Part shown: one piece after another, positions 1 to 13,447 of the stretch
How positions within the stretch are numbered: the stretch's first letter is position 1
Layout of the letters: each line of letters begins with the position of its first letter
NCBI GenBank assembly: GCA_030390025.1
Contig: CM059432.1
Span: forward strand, 120,344,001-120,408,000
Source of the DNA: Squalus acanthias
Taxonomy: Eukaryota
Length of the DNA: 64,000 bases
Direction of reading: 5' to 3'
Translations under genes and position numbers: made by a program
Notes under the pieces: generated by a model
Seen by the model: the letters and a program-made list of their open reading frames with translations, nothing else
What the model was told of the DNA's origin: nothing
Database searches by the model: none

Positions 1-41
1 GCACTCCTCCTGGTGCTAACTTTTCCAGCTTTTCTGATTTA

Positions 42-3040
42 GTGCCCCAAACAGGGCTCGAGGGGAATTTCTCCCCCAAAATACTTAACTGGAGGAGGGC
101 CAATTTCAATGGGTTGAGAACGGATCTGGCCCGGGTAAATTGGAATCAAAGATTGGCAGGCAAAACTGTAATTGAACAATGGGCTGCTTTTAAAGAGGAG
201 ATGTTTCGGGTGCAGTTGAGGTACATTCCCACGAGGGGGAAAGGTAGGGCAACAAAAGTCAGAGCTCCCTGGATGACGAAAGCGATAGAGAGTAAGATGA
301 AGCAGATAAATGGGGCGTATGGCAGATGTCAGGTTGAGAATACAAGTGAGAACCAGGCTGAATATAGAAATTTCAGAGGGGAAGTGAAAAAGGAAATAAG
401 AGGGGCAAAGAGAGAGTATGAGAATAGATTGGCAGCTAACATAAAAGGGAATTAAAAAGTCTTCTATAGGCATATAAATAATGAACGGGTAGTAAGAGGA
501 GGGGTGGGGCTGATTAGGGATCAAAAAGGAGGCCTGTGCATAGAGGCAGGGGGCATGGCTGAGGTACTAAATGATTACTTTGCATCTGTCTTTACCAAGG
601 AAGAAGACGCTGCCAAAATCATAGTGAAAGAGGAGGTAGTTGAGATATTAGATGGGCTAAAAATTGATAAAGAGAAGCTACATTAAAGGCTGGCTGTACT
701 TAAAGTAGATAAGGCACCAGAGCCAGAAGGAATGCATTCTAGGATGCTGAGGGAAGTAAAGGTGGAAATTGTGGAGGTACTGGCCATAATCTTCCAATCC
801 TCCTTGGATACGGGGGTGGTGCCAGAGGCCTGGGGAATTGCAAATGTTACACCCTTGTTCAAAAAAGGGCGTAAGGATAAACCCAGCAACTACAGGCCAG
901 CCAGCTTAACCTCGGTGGTGGGGAAGCTTTTAGAAACAATAATCCGGGACAAAATTAACAGTCACTTGGACAAGTGTGGAAGGAAAGCCAGCATGGATTT
1001 GTTAAAGGCAAATCGTGTTTAACTAACTTGATTGAATGTTTTGATGAGGTATCAGAGAGGGTTGATGAGGGCAATGTGTTTGATGTGGTGTACATGAACT
1101 TCCAAAAGGCATTTGATAAAGTGCAACAGAATAGGCTTCCAGCAAAGTTGATGCCCCTGGAATAAAAGGGACAGTGGCAGCATGGATACAAAATTGGCCA
1201 ACGGTCGTTTTTCAGACTGGAGGAAGGTATACAGTGGTGTTCCCCAGGGGTTAGTACTAGGACCACTGCTTTTCTTGATATGTATTAATGACTTGGACTT
1301 GGGTGTACAGGGCACAATTTCAAAATTTGCAGATGAAACAAGAATTGGAAGTATAGTGAACAGTGAGGAGGATAGGGACAGACCTCAAGAGGACATAGAC
1401 AGGCTGGTGGAATGGGCGGACACATTGCAGATGAAATTTAATGCAGCAAAGTGCAAAATGATACATTTTGGCAGAAAGAACGAGGAGAGGCAATATAAAC
1501 TAAAGGGTACAATCCTAAAGGGGATGCAGGAACAGAGAGATCTGAGGGTATATGTGCACAAATTGTTGAAGGTGGCAGGGCAGGTTGAGAAAGCGGTTAA
1601 AAAGCATACGGGATCCTGGGCTTCATAAATAGAGACAGAGGGCTGGATTTTGATACTGGGGACGTGATGGAGGTGGGACTCCCACTTTTTGGGTTGTAGT
1701 CCCGCCTCCATCGACTTGTGGCCAACCACTGCATTTTCACTTGATTGACCTTTGTTGAGCCGCCCAGCGAGCTCAGCAGGCCAATTAAGGGCCACCTGGC
1801 AACAGGTGACGTCACAGATTGACATTTCATCTGTCAAGAGCTTTTGACAGATAACTTGAGTCCTTCCTCTCAGGCTGAGTTAGAAATCATTCCAGCACAG
1901 AAAGCAGAAGGTTGCGGTTTTTGACAGCACCACGGCCATTGTGCTTTCTGTGCCGGTGAGATTTCTGACTCCCGAGACCTGAAGGGCTGACACCTGCAGG
2001 AGGAAGTTAAGGTAAGTAAAACTTTTTCCCACACTTTACACTTACCTTACACACTTACCTCTGCACACATGCACCCATCACTCACCTACCCACCGGACAT
2101 ATCGACCCCTCCAACCCCTGCAGACCCACGGTCCGCCTCGCTAATTTGGTGTGGTTGGGACCTGTCGGGAAGCCCACATTTCAGCTTTTAAAATAGGGAT
2201 TAGGCAAAAAACTGCCTGTTAACTACTTGTTAACAGGCAGTTAATTGTCACTAATCCCCTTCCCGCCTCGGGGAGGCGGGTCCCAGCACAGGTCGGGTAC
2301 CTGCCTCCAGCGAAACTGGCATGAAGGTGGGTTGGGGGCGGGATGGGTTCGGGACCCCCGAATCTGCAACTTTAACCCCCCACACGCCTCTAAACCCGCC
2401 TCCACGGGTCAATGAAAATCCAGCCCAGAGAGTACAAAAGCAAGGCAGTTATGATGAATCGTTATAAAACACTGGTTCGGCCACAACTGGAGTATTGTGT
2501 CCAATTCTGTGCGCCGCACTTTAGGAAGGATATGAAGGCTTTAGAGAGGGTGCAGATAAGATTTACAAGAATGGTTCCAGGGATGAGGAATTAGTTATGT
2601 GGATAGACTGGAGAAGCTGGGGTTGTTCTCCTTAGAGCAGAGAAGATTGAGAGGAGATTTGATAGAGGTGTTCAAAATCATGAGTGGTCTAGACAGAGTA
2701 GATAGAGAGAAACTGTTCCCAATGGCAGAAGGGTCGAGAACCAGAGGACACAGATTTAAGGTGACTGGCAGAAGATCCAAAGGCGACATGAGAAAACCTT
2801 TTTTATGCAGCGAGTGGTTAGGATCTGGAATGCACTGCCTGAAACGGTGGTGGAGGCAGATTCAATAGTGGCTTTCAAAAGGGAATTGGATAAATACCTG
2901 AAGGAAAAAAAATTGCAGGGCTACGGGGAATGGGTGGGGGAGTGGGACTAGCTGAATTGCTCTTGCAGAGAGCCAGCATGGGCTCGATGGGCTGAATGGC
3001 CTCCTACTGTTCTGTAACGATTCTATGATTTTATGATTCT
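42..3040 (+). mobile_element. CR1-type (HER1-like) LINE, degenerate ORF2 and 3' tail, split by a MITE at 1640-2426
   Basis: Frameshifted ORFs with CR1 ORF2 motifs ([72 protein letters not shown]); ends in TTCTATGAT-type repeat near 3021-3040. Confidence 0.93.
1640..2426 (+). mobile_element. Harbinger-type MITE family A, copy 1
   Basis: TIRs GGGCTGGATTTT / AAAATCCAGCCC; 3-bp TSD AGA (1637-39, 2427-29); interrupts CR1 cleanly; close second copy at 30327-31167. Confidence 0.92.
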
Positions 3041-3049
3041 GTTCTAGTT

Positions 3050-3912
3050 TGTTTTACACCATAAAAGTCCTAGGAAATGATGGCGTAAGTGAGTTTTCCA
3101 TAATTTTCTGGAACTGTTGTGCTGCTTCACCAATACCCTTACCAAAACCATGTAAAGCTGATGGTCTTGGCACCTCCTCCAAGGTAAGGCACTGGTGATT
3201 GCGAATTTCCTGGACTTACGTTAGTTTTCTCAATGTAGCCACTGGTTCTGAAAAATAATGGCACAAGTCAATTCAAATTCAAATTGATGAGTGCAAAATA
3301 ATTAATGTAAAATAAAATCTCTGCTCTTTCTTGACAACGGCCCACAGTAGTGCTGTAGAGCCAGAAGGAGCACTCTTGCTCCTCATGGTACCACATTAAG
3401 ATATGTTAAACAGAAAGATACTTAGCTTTCTGTTGGCAGCTTCCAGTGGTCCCTTTAAGGACTGCTGATTAGGCCGCAGAAAGAATCGAAACAACTGAGC
3501 AGGGCATGCCCGGCACATGCTCACACAATTTCTGACCAATTTTGGGGAGGGGCCCCTAGACAGGTGATGAGCCCCTCATTACCTTATGCAAAGGGACTAA
3601 CACCTGTTCAAGACAGCCGGCAGGAATGCCTGAATATTGCACGAGTCAATATGGTCCTGCCATGGCCCACAATCTTCAGTTACAATTACCTGCAGCCAAA
3701 GTACACCTCCCCTTTAAGAGGTGCAGGCAGACTTTAAATGGTGTCAGCAATGCACACAATTAGGTGAATTGCCAATGAACAGCACATGTAGCACCGACAG
3801 CCTGTGAGGGAGATGATTTCGGGGCCTTCTTTGAAGCCATGTGATTGGGCGTGCATTCCAAGTGTGACATCCTTTCAGCCTATGAAAATGTGCTGAAAGA
3901 AATTTCTACCCC
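3050..3912. mobile_element. Degenerate Harbinger-type MITE remnant
   Basis: Ends in AAATTTCTACCCC, matching the GGGGTAGAAATT TIR class; left end not identifiable. Confidence 0.4.
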
Positions 3913-4179
3913 AATAACTCAAACAATTTTCTGCAAGTGATCAAGTTGTTAATAGTGAAAGGATTTGAAACTCATAATTACATGACTCAGGCCCTGCCAA
4001 TATTGATCTGTTTAATGGGGTAAGCCACTGGCTTCTGAGGACCCTGATTTGCCACTTTATGCACTGGGGCATATTCAAAATAATTTTCCAGAAAATTTTG
4101 GAATAAATTTGCAACAGGAAAATCTGTACATGAAATGGGGTCATTTACAACGTAAGTCACAGATCCTAGGCCATATCAA

Positions 4180-5300
4180 TCCTATTCCCACTAAACTGAT
4201 AACCACCCAAGGTCCCTTCCTGGATTTCATACTAGCTGATATTGTAAAAGGTTTCCTCTCCTCATGTACTGTCCCCTTCCTTTCAAATCTGCTATCATCA
4301 CTCCCCTGCTCAAAAAACCCACCCTTGACCGCCCCTCTGTAATTACAAACTACTACCCCATCTCTAACCTCCGTTTCCTCTCCAAAGTCCTTGAATGTGT
4401 TTCCACCCCTTGTCACAGCACTGAAATGGCCCTAATCAAAGTCAAATATGACATTCTATGTGTCTCTGACTGTGGTGCATTATTCCTCCTCAGCCTTCTC
4501 AAGCCGGCTGTAGCCTTCTACCAACGCTTCTCCTCTGTTGTCCAGCTGAGTGGGACTGCCCTCGCCTGGTACCACTCTTATCTGTCCAGTCATAACCAGA
4601 GAATCTCCTATAATGGCATCTCTTCCCACCCCTGCACCATTGTTGCTGGAATCTCCCAAGGATCTCTCTTTGGGACCCCCATTTCTCCTCTACATGCTGA
4701 CGACATCCAACTCTACCATACCACCACCTCCTGTGACCCCGCCACCACCTCTGTGTTGTCAGACTGCTTGTCCAACATTCAGTCCTGGAGGAGTCGCAAT
4801 TTACTCCAATTAAACATTGGAAAGACCGATGCCATTGTCTTCAGCCCCCGCCACAAACTCCATTCCGTCACCATAGATCACATCTCCTCCATGGCCACTG
4901 TCTCAGGCTGAATCAGACTGTTCGCAACCTTGGCATCCTATTTGATCCTGAGCTAAGCTTCTGTCCCCATATCCTCTCCACCACAAAGACCACCAACTTT
5001 CACCTCTGTGTTATTGCCATCCCGGTCCCTGCCTCATCTGCTGCTGAAACCCTCATTCATGCTTTTGTTACCTCCAGACTCGACTATTCCAATGGTCTCC
5101 TGGCTGGCTTCCCACCTTCCACCCTTCAGCTCATCCAAAACTCTGTTGCCTGTATCCTAACCCACACTAAGTCCCGTTCAACTGTTACCCCTGTGCTCGC
5201 TGGCCTGCATTGGTTCCCGGTCCACCAATGCCTCGATTTTAAAGTTCTCAGCCTTTTGTTCAAATCCCTCCACAGCCTCGCTCCTCTCTATTTTTGTCAC
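4180..5300 (+). mobile_element. L2-type LINE RT fragment (degenerate)
   Basis: YYPISNLRFLSKVLE, HSTEMALIKV, HADDIQLY, LQLNIGKTDAIVF motifs; frameshifts. Confidence 0.85.
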
Positions 5301-5869
5301 CTCATGTAGTCACGCTGGGAAGGTTGACCAAATTTGAAAAACATTATGCAGACTGTCTGGAAGGCTTCAGATAAGAAGGCCTTAAGAGACTGTGGGAACC
5401 AAGGGTGTTGTTTGGTAGCATTAGTCTGTATAACCATGGGCGAGAGAGAATGGAAAGTCACTGAATAGCTTGTTATTGTCAGCAAGAATGCTATTCTAAA
5501 GTGAAAAAGGGAGACAGTCAGCGAGACCAACCAGAACACAATTCATGAGACAGACTAGAAGAACATTACATAGGATGTCAATGGATTATTAAACTCTCAG
5601 TCTCCTGAAGCAGAAGAATTGGCCATTCAGAGTTTCAAGATGCACTACGGAATAAGGTAGTATGAATCTCTATCTGTAAAACTTGTTTCATTTTAAAGTT
5701 AATAAAATCAATTAGTTAAAAGTTAAAAGTTTTGGTTGATCTCATCTCTGATTACCCTAAAGAATAAAGATATTTAATATAGTGGTTTGATACAACTGAG
5801 TAGCCTGCTAGGCTACTTCAGAGGGCAAATAAGAGTCAACCACATTGGTGTGGGACTGGAGTCAAATAT

Positions 5870-6931
5870 TTGCTTTAAATTTTCACCCTTCCCTCACCAT
5901 GGTCCATCTCTGACTCTTCTCTTCCCTTCCTCGACTTCTCTGTCTCCATTTCTAGGGATAGGCTATCAACAAAAATACACTATAAGCCCACTGACTCCCA
6001 CAGCTACCTGGACTACACTTCCTCCCACCCAACTTGCTGTAAGGACTCTATTCCATTCTTCCAGTTTCACAGTCTCCGGTGCATCTGTTCTGATGATGCC
6101 ACCTTCCATACTAGTGCTTCCGATATATCTTCCTTTTTCCTCAACCGAGGATTCCCTTCTACCATGGTTGACATGGCCCTCGACCGTGTCCGTTCCATTT
6201 CCCGCACTTCTGCTCTCACCCCTTCCCCTCCCTCCCAGAACCACGATAGGGTTCCCCTTGTCTTTAACTTTCACTCCACCAGCCTCCACATTTTACTTCT
6301 TGCAATTCAGTATACTGTATTCGCTGCTCACGATGCGGTCTCCTTTACAGTGGAGAGCCCAAACACAGATTGGGTGACCGCTTTGCGGAACACCTCCGTT
6401 CAGTTCGTAAACGTGACCCCGAGCTTCCGGTCGCCTGTCACTTTAATTCTCCACTCCCACTCTGACCTCTCTGTCCTCGGTCTCTTACACTGTTCCAACG
6501 AAGCTCAATGTAAGCTCGAGGAACAGCGCCTCATCTTTCGATTAGGCACTTTACAGCCTTCTGGACTCAACATCGAGTTCAACAATTTCAGACCATAACC
6601 TCTGCCCCTATTTTTCACATGGCAGCTGTTGATGATTCTGCTATTCCCATTTACACCTCTTCCAGACCCATCTTTTGTTTCTTTACTTGTCCCATTACCA
6701 TCTCCTTTTGCTTTGCTCCATTTAATCACTCCTGCCTTTCACCCTATCACAGACTTTCCCTTTTGTCCTTCCCCCTCCCTTTTCCTGCCCCTGCACCTGC
6801 TTAAAATCTGTTAAATCTCTAACTTTTTCCAGTTCTGACAAAAGGTCATCAACCTGAAACGTTAACTCTGTCTCTATCTCCACAGATGTTGCCTGACCTG
6901 CTGAGTATTTCCAGCATTTTCTGTTTTTATT
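5870..6931 (+). mobile_element. Penelope-like element, truncated (RT C-terminus, GIY-YIG remnant, pseudo-LTR)
   Basis: High identity to 13345-16166 element; QRLIFRLGTLQPSGLNIEFNNFR C-terminus; 8-bp TSD TCAAATAT (5862-69, 6932-39). Confidence 0.9.
6831..6867 (+). ncRNA. Minimal type I hammerhead ribozyme motif, core mutated (CTGACAA)
   Basis: AGTT-CTGACAA-aAGGT..ACCT-GAAA-CG-TT-AACT; stems I and II pair; palindromic ACGT stem III. Confidence 0.7.
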
Positions 6932-6996
6932 TCAAATATAGGCCAGACTGGGTAGGGACAGGTTTCTTTCCCTGAAGGAGAATGGGAAAACAGTAA

Positions 6997-8815
6997 AGGA
7001 CAGAATTTTCCGTACCTGGGCGGGTCGGGTGAGGGTGGTCGCCGTGACGGGTCGTGACCCTGTTCCTGATTCCATGCCGCTCCTCAGAGCAACTTTGCCT
7101 TAATGGGGCCTATTAAGGCAGCCCTGCGCGTTTCCCAGCCCAATTAAATGGTGCAGGTTTGATGACGCATTTTCAGCTGGGATATTTAAAGGAGCCATGG
7201 CCACATTGCATTTGAAAGTCGCACACTGGACAAATTGGACTGCTGGAAAGAGTGCCAAATATAACTGCACTGAGACAGAGGGCTGCACCTGCCAGGAAAT
7301 TTGGTTGCAGATGAGCTGCACATTGAGGGAGTGGAAGCCCTTGTGGTTGACAAAGACTCTGGGTGATGATGGGGTGCCCTGATAGCCACATGTGTGCAGT
7401 CAATGATGCCCTGCACCCATGGGAAGCCAGCCTGAGGGGCAAAGCCTAGCACCTGCTCAGTAACACTGGCTTCATCAGTGGCAAAGTTGATATAATTGGC
7501 TGACATGTCAAACAGGGCATCAGTGGGTGGCTGACTGCGAGATACCACAAATGTCTGCTGCAGATCCCTGGAAGGAGCCTGAGGTGAAGAAGTTGAGAGT
7601 GCTGGTGACTTTGACAGCCACTGGTAAGGTGTGTCCAACCACTCCTCTGGGCTGCAGGTCTTACTCCAGCAATGTGCAAATGTCTGCAATGACCTGAGCT
7701 TCCTTTGGCACTGCTGCTCAGTCATGTTGAGGAAGCTCATCCTTTGCCAGTATACCCTGTGTAGGGGGTACCACCTCCGGCATGGTGCAGCCCTGCGCTG
7801 ATGTCCTCTGCCTTATGCTGCATCAGGTGGTTGAGGAGAAGGTTGGTGGTGTTGTTGCTGCTGCTGCTGGTGTACCTAGTGCTGATGGTGTTGGGGCTCA
7901 TCGTGGTCTGATTCTGAGGATCACAGAATCCCCACAGTGTAGATAGAGGCCATTTCGGCCCATCGAGCCTGCACCGACACATATCCCACCCTATCCCCGT
8001 AACCCCACGTATTTAATCCCCCTAACACTAAGGGTCAGTTTATCATAGCCAAATCAACCTAACCCGCACATCTTTGGACTGTGGGAGGAAACCGGAGCAC
8101 CCGGAGGAAACCCACGCAGACACGGGGAGAATGTGCAAACTCCACACAGACAGTCATCCGAGGCCGGATTCGAACCCAGGTCCCTGGCGCTGTGAGGCAA
8201 CAGTGCTAACCACTATGCCACCGTGTTGCCCCTAGATCAAGGTGAGACAGTATAGATGGCACCTATCCTGATGGAATAGATGGCAGGTCAAGTAGCAATG
8301 ACAGAAGCAAACTGTTAATGGTGTGATAGGTTCTACCAATGAGGTGCGACTGGATGGCGACTTTGCTGGAAACACTTGCAGCCTGTAGAAAGTTAAATGT
8401 GTGCTGGGAATGCAGTCAACAACAGCTTCTGCCTGAGGAAAGTGATCAGCTATAAGGTGAGAGTTTTTATTGTACTTTCCATGCTATGCACTAATCAGCT
8501 GGATCAATGGCCACTCAACTCCTGCCTCAGGTTGAAATATGTGGTTCCCAAGCTGCGTGATTCCCGTGGTCATCCAGTGAAATTTGAACGGTAGGGTTAA
8601 AAAGAATCTTAAGGGTCTGACAAGTGCCTAATAATGAATTAAATTACCTCGCTCGCCTCTGCCGTTCAGGTCACTGCCGCACCAGCAAACGCGCCCAAGG
8701 GAAGGCACGTGGGGGCGAGATGATGGCGGATTCCCGACCCACTGCAAGGATTTTCAAATTTCCTACCCGATCCACCTCCAATCACGCCTGCACAGACCCC
8801 GGAAAATTCCGGCCT
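6997..8815 (-). mobile_element. Internally deleted Harbinger transposon with transposase remnant (about 7186-7800), interrupted by a SINE
   Basis: TIRs AGGACAGAATTTTCCG / [36 protein letters not shown] motif. Confidence 0.85.
7921..8232 (-). mobile_element. HE1-like V-SINE (tRNA-derived)
   Basis: Minus strand: tRNA-like head with A and B boxes (TGGCATAGTGG, GGTTCGAATCC), V-domain GTGTGGAGTTTGCACATTCTCCCCGTG, CR1-like 3' tail. Confidence 0.9.
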
Positions 8816-9182
8816 TGGATTTTTATGGCACTATGACAGCTTCATGGCCACTTTTACTGGTACCAACTTTTCATTTCCAAATGTTTATTTTAAACTGAAT
8901 TCCAATTCTCCAACTGCCCTGGTGGGATTTGAACTTATTTTCTCTAGATTGTTAGCGCCAGGCCTACTGGTTTACTTGTCCAGGAACATATCTATCACGC
9001 TGCATGATTCACCAGATAAACTTCCTGAGCCTAACTTCCTCCCCGCTTAAATTCTTGGCACTTGGAATCATATTTGTTAATTCCCTCTGTACCCACTCTA
9101 GGGCAATAATATCTTTCCTATTACTGGTTGACCAGAATTGTGCACAATGCTCCAGATAGGATCTGCTCAATGTCTGATCAAT

Positions 9183-9650
9183 GCTGTGGCTCAGTTGGTA
9201 GCACATGCGCCTCTGAGTCAGAAGGTTGTAGGTTCAAGTCCCACTCCACAAACTTGAGCGCATAAATCTAAGCTGACACTCCAGTGCAGTGCTGAGGGAG
9301 TGCTGCACTGTCAGAGCTGCCGTCTTTTGGATGAGGTGTTAAACCGAGGCCCCATCTGCCCCCTCAAGTGGACGTAAAGGATCCCATGGCACTATTTCGA
9401 AGAAGAGCAGGGAAGTTATCCCTGGTATCCTGGCCAATATTTATCCCTCAACCAACATAACAAAAACAGATTATCTGGTCATTATCACATTGCTGTTTGT
9501 GGGACCTTGCTGTGCGCAAATTGGCTGCCGCGTTTCCCATATTACAACAATGACTCCACTTCAAAAGTTCTTCATTGGCTGTAAAGCGCTTTGAGATGTC
9601 CGGTGGCCATGAAAGGCGCTGTAGAAATGCAAGGCTTTCTTTTTTTCTTT
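9183..9650 (+). mobile_element. DeuSINE (SacSINE1/AmnSINE1-like)
   Basis: tRNA-like head GTGGCTCAGTTGG...GGTTCAAGTCCC; Deu-domain GATCCCATGGCACTATTTCGAAGAAGAGCAGG...ATTTATCCCTCAACCAAC. Confidence 0.9.
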
Positions 9651-10436
9651 TTGCACAGCAACAGAGTTACCTCATTAGATTTGTAACTGTCCCTCTGCTA
9701 ATTCAACCCAACATGTTATTCCTGGTTTTTTTTTAACTTCAGGTAAGCAATGTATTAAAGCTTTCGTACAATAATTATGCTCAGCAGCATTACTTCCAAG
9801 CTAAGGTATAGTAAATAATGCTACCTCACTGATATAGAAAAACAATTTGTGATTCAGTGGTGTTACACTACAGATCTGCTGCATAATTCCTGCCAATAGT
9901 GGTATGAGCTCAGCAGCAAATGTACAGTATAACAGCATCAAACTGCGCTTCACAAAATTGCTGTTCGTGTGTAATACCAATGCCACACGGATTATATCTG
10001 TACAAAACTGACTACCGTGAAAATAATGATGTTGGTTAGCGGAGATTTTCATGACATTACAGTCAATTTCAGTCGTAACATTGTGTGCTCATTTAATGCA
10101 CTGTTCTAATTATAACTATTTCCTCCATTCCTCCTCTGTGACATTTAGTTTGCATCTTTTATTTTCTGCCACGGGCACATGCTTTCTCCTGGAGGAAAAC
10201 TGTGATAAAATGTGTAGATACATAACTACAGTAGTCATTATTCTATGTATGAAGGTTAAACTATACATATTATAGTGATAGGTAAAAAGCACAGGAGTTT
10301 TTATTATTTAACAATTTTTCAGGCAGGAAGCACACAATCTCCATCAGGAAAGTGGCCTGGGTTTATGGTTGTTACATCTATGAAATCATCAGACTTGTGC
10401 TTATTTGTGGTTAGAAACCCCCCAGAAATAACATTA

Positions 10437-10546
10437 AATAAAGACTTGCATTTATATAGCGCCTTTCACGACTACCGATGTCCCAAAGTGCTTTACAGCC
10501 AATGAAGTACTTTTGAAGTGTAGTCACTGTTGTAATTTAGGAAACA
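10437..10546 (-). mobile_element. DeuSINE 3' fragment
   Basis: Reverse complement of the 9540-9640 tail. Confidence 0.8.
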
Positions 10547-11232
10547 TATTGGGTTGAATTAGCAGAGGGACTGTTACAAATCTAATGAGGTAACACTGCT
10601 GCTGTACAAGACATTGACCAGATCCTATCTGATGCATTGCATGCAGTTCTGGTCAACTAATAACAGGAAGAGTGGGTACAGAGGGAATTAACAAAGATGA
10701 TTCCAGGTGTCAGGAAGTTAAGTGGTGAGGAAGTTAGGTTCAGGAAGTTTATCTAGTGAATGAATCATGCAGACTTGGAAGGCAGATTCAAATGATGCAA
10801 AATTACTTCTGAAAAGTTTGAATAAAAGTCATATAATTTTCTACAGTCTTTTAAATTGCACACCACTTCTGATAGATAACTAGAAAACTAGGCCCTTTGA
10901 TTGGTAGATTGAGAAAATTGCAAAATTGAATATTCTGGAGAGGCTCCTTCTGCTCAAGTGTAATATTCCTGTTAAGATTCTTTGAGACTCTTGGCAAAAT
11001 AAGCAATAAAAAAATTGCTGGGAGCTCAAGGCAATATTTCACTTTTATTAAATTTACATCCCATCTTCCTCATCCGTTACAATGAAAATTTTCTATTTCA
11101 ATATTAAACAGATTTTTAAGGGCACAATTTCTACCACTTTGTCTTGAATTCAGTACAGCTAAATTTAGATTTTTTTTCTCTTCTCACACTCTTGCTCTGA
11201 TCTCCTTGAACCACGCACTATCTCCACCTAAA

Positions 11233-11406
11233 GGGGTAGATCTTGACTTTGTGTGATAGTGTAAAATGGGTGATAGCGAGTCGGCAGCCTATTTTGCATC
11301 TCTCCCAATTGACTTCAATGGAATTAAAAATCGGGAGAGATGTAAAATGGGCTGCCGACTCGCTATCACCTGTTTTACACCATTGTACAAAGTCAAGATC
11401 TACCCC
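11233..11406. mobile_element. 174-bp hairpin MITE (Harbinger-type ends)
   Basis: GGGGTAGATCTTGACTTTGT / ACAAAGTCAAGATCTACCCC; about 74-bp arms; TSD AAA. Confidence 0.9.
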
Positions 11407-12109
11407 AAAGAGTCCATGGACACAACCTGAAGCCAAGTCTGTACCAATGCCATGCCAGGAAGTGTATGAAAAGACCCAGTTTGGAGTGACTCTCCCTCCA
11501 ATTTTCCTTCCATCACTACTTGTGAGGAGACACTGGGCTCCCGCTTGGCACCACCTTATGGTAGAATGGCCGAAATATGTATTGCCTGAAGCAACGTGCC
11601 AATGCAGGCCCAATAATTCCAATATTTTTAACGCTGAATTTTTCCTTCTCTGTTTTGCAATGCCATAAATTAAAAAAAACCTTCCTACACAGTTTTGAAA
11701 CAAATAGAATTATTGCTCTTTATGTGTAACAGAATCATTTACACTCGTCTTTTTTTACCTACTTGAGATCAATGGATGAAGATTGGCCAGGTTCTATAAT
11801 GGGCTGGTGATCTGCTTTGCTACGTTACCACCCAGGTGGTGAATGTGAAAATTGCCCCAATATATTAAGCTGTTTTAAACAGAGATGTGCGCCATGTCCT
11901 TTAATCACCATGTGCACAGGTTAGTCAGGAAACCATGGTTCTGTGAGCCAATATGGAGCTTTAGGGATCACTTTCACCCCTGCCCTCCTTTTTTCTAAGC
12001 AAATCGAGGTAGAAATCCATACTGGAATTTCACTTGTCATGGGAAGGGCAATCGCAAATATCAATAGCTCATTGAGCTCCAGGCTGGTTTCTATCATTTG
12101 GAGGAAGGA

Positions 12110-12550
12110 TTTGTGTTCCCATTATTTAACAAAGGGATGAAATCAGATCCTGGTAATTATAGACTTGTGAGTTTGATCTCAGTTGTGAGGAAGTAGTTGA
12201 AAGACATTATATAGTGTTAAGTTATAATCACTTGGAGAGTTTGGCAGTTATTAGGGAAATGTCGGTTCTGCCTCACTAAGGAGTTCTCTGAGGAAGTGGT
12301 CAGAATTGTAGATAAAGGTAGTTCTGTTGTTGTATACCTGGATTTCCAAAAAATATTAAATTAAGCATCATACAGATAGCTATTAGATAATAGGGGATTA
12401 TAGCATATACGTGATGTTGGATCAGTAACTGGTTGCCCTGGATAAGCACAGGGCTATCTTTTTGGAGTGGGACCTCATCATGAGTGAAGTTTCACAAGGC
12501 TCCATACTGGGACCAATGCTGTTCAGCATTTTCATTAAGATTTAGATGAA
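12110..12550 (+). mobile_element. Old CR1 RT fragment
   Basis: Decayed NYRxVSL, YLDFQK and SQGSILGPMLF coding remnants. Confidence 0.65.
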
Positions 12551-13410
12551 ATGTTTGTAATGATATGGTTCTACTTGTTTCTTGGATCACTGTGGCTTTG
12601 TCAATCTGTAATAGGATTTATAGCTAATAGCTAAGAAATCCTCAGTTTAAACCTACTGACGCCAGGTTACCAACAATATTGAATTATTTCTACATCATAA
12701 TTTTAGATGCAGTTATATTTTACAAAAAAATGAATACTAGTCCCTTAGTTTATAGTAGCCCTACTCTAAAGTCCAACTGATAACAATAGTGCCCAACAGA
12801 TACCAATACCAACTATTTTAGATCAACTGAACACCGCTGGTCGAACTGGGCTGAAATGGTCAATACAGTTCACAATGTGGTGGAGTAAAATAATTTTTTT
12901 TGAATTTTCCAGCAGTAACATTAAAGTATTTGTCTTCAGGTTACAAGAATGAGTTTTAAAACCCAAGAATCAATATTCAAAATTAATATTATCTTTTAGG
13001 GGCACTTGGAACTCATTGTAAATCTCATGTATTTTTTATGAGTTTACATCTTGGTAAGCAGTTGTACAGACACTTAAAGTAACCTAAAATTGAGGGATAA
13101 ATTATGATAAAAGCACAAGGAAAGCTTCTGTGCTCAACTTAAAATGAACACATGCATTGAAAGAAAATTACTCCACTTTAATTTTGATATTTATCAAAAA
13201 TATATTTTAATATTCCAGCATAGTAATACAGAATTGACTCCTGTAACATAATTTTTGCAAGCAGTGTAACACAATACATGTAATCTTGCATCTGCTACCT
13301 TACTCTGACATGATGGCTGATTTTCAGTCAATACAAGTAAAATTGAAATAACAACAGAAAACGCTGGAAAAACTCAGCAGGCCAGGCAGCATCCGTGGAG
13401 AGAGAAACAG

Positions 13411-13447
13411 AGTTAACTTTTCAGGTCGAAGACCTTTCGTCAGAACT
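13411..13447 (-). ncRNA. Minimal hammerhead ribozyme motif in pseudo-LTR
   Basis: Minus strand AGTT-CTGACGA-aAGGTC-TTC-GACCT-GAAA-AG-TT-AACT; stem III palindrome altered. Confidence 0.75.

Larger units (their letters stand above)
5788..9000 (-). mobile_element. Shark SINE-like repeat split into three pieces (5788-5869, 6932-6996, 8816-9000) by later Penelope and Harbinger insertions
   Basis: Pieces join contiguously; minus strand has a B-box-like GTTCAAATCCC near 8925-8935. Confidence 0.6.
9001..10771. repeat. Inverted pair of old CR1 fragments (9001-9715, split by the SINE; 10548-10771)
   Basis: Arms are reverse complements with coincident outer ends (TGCATGATTCA / TGAATCATGCA). Confidence 0.8.

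Noticed and set aside
5305..5780. Possible solo LTR
   Set aside because: TGTAG start and AATAAA are present, but no clear CA end or TSD
9183..9260. tRNA genes (also 8160-8232 and 47058-47125)
   Set aside because: tRNA-derived SINE heads that continue into SINE bodies
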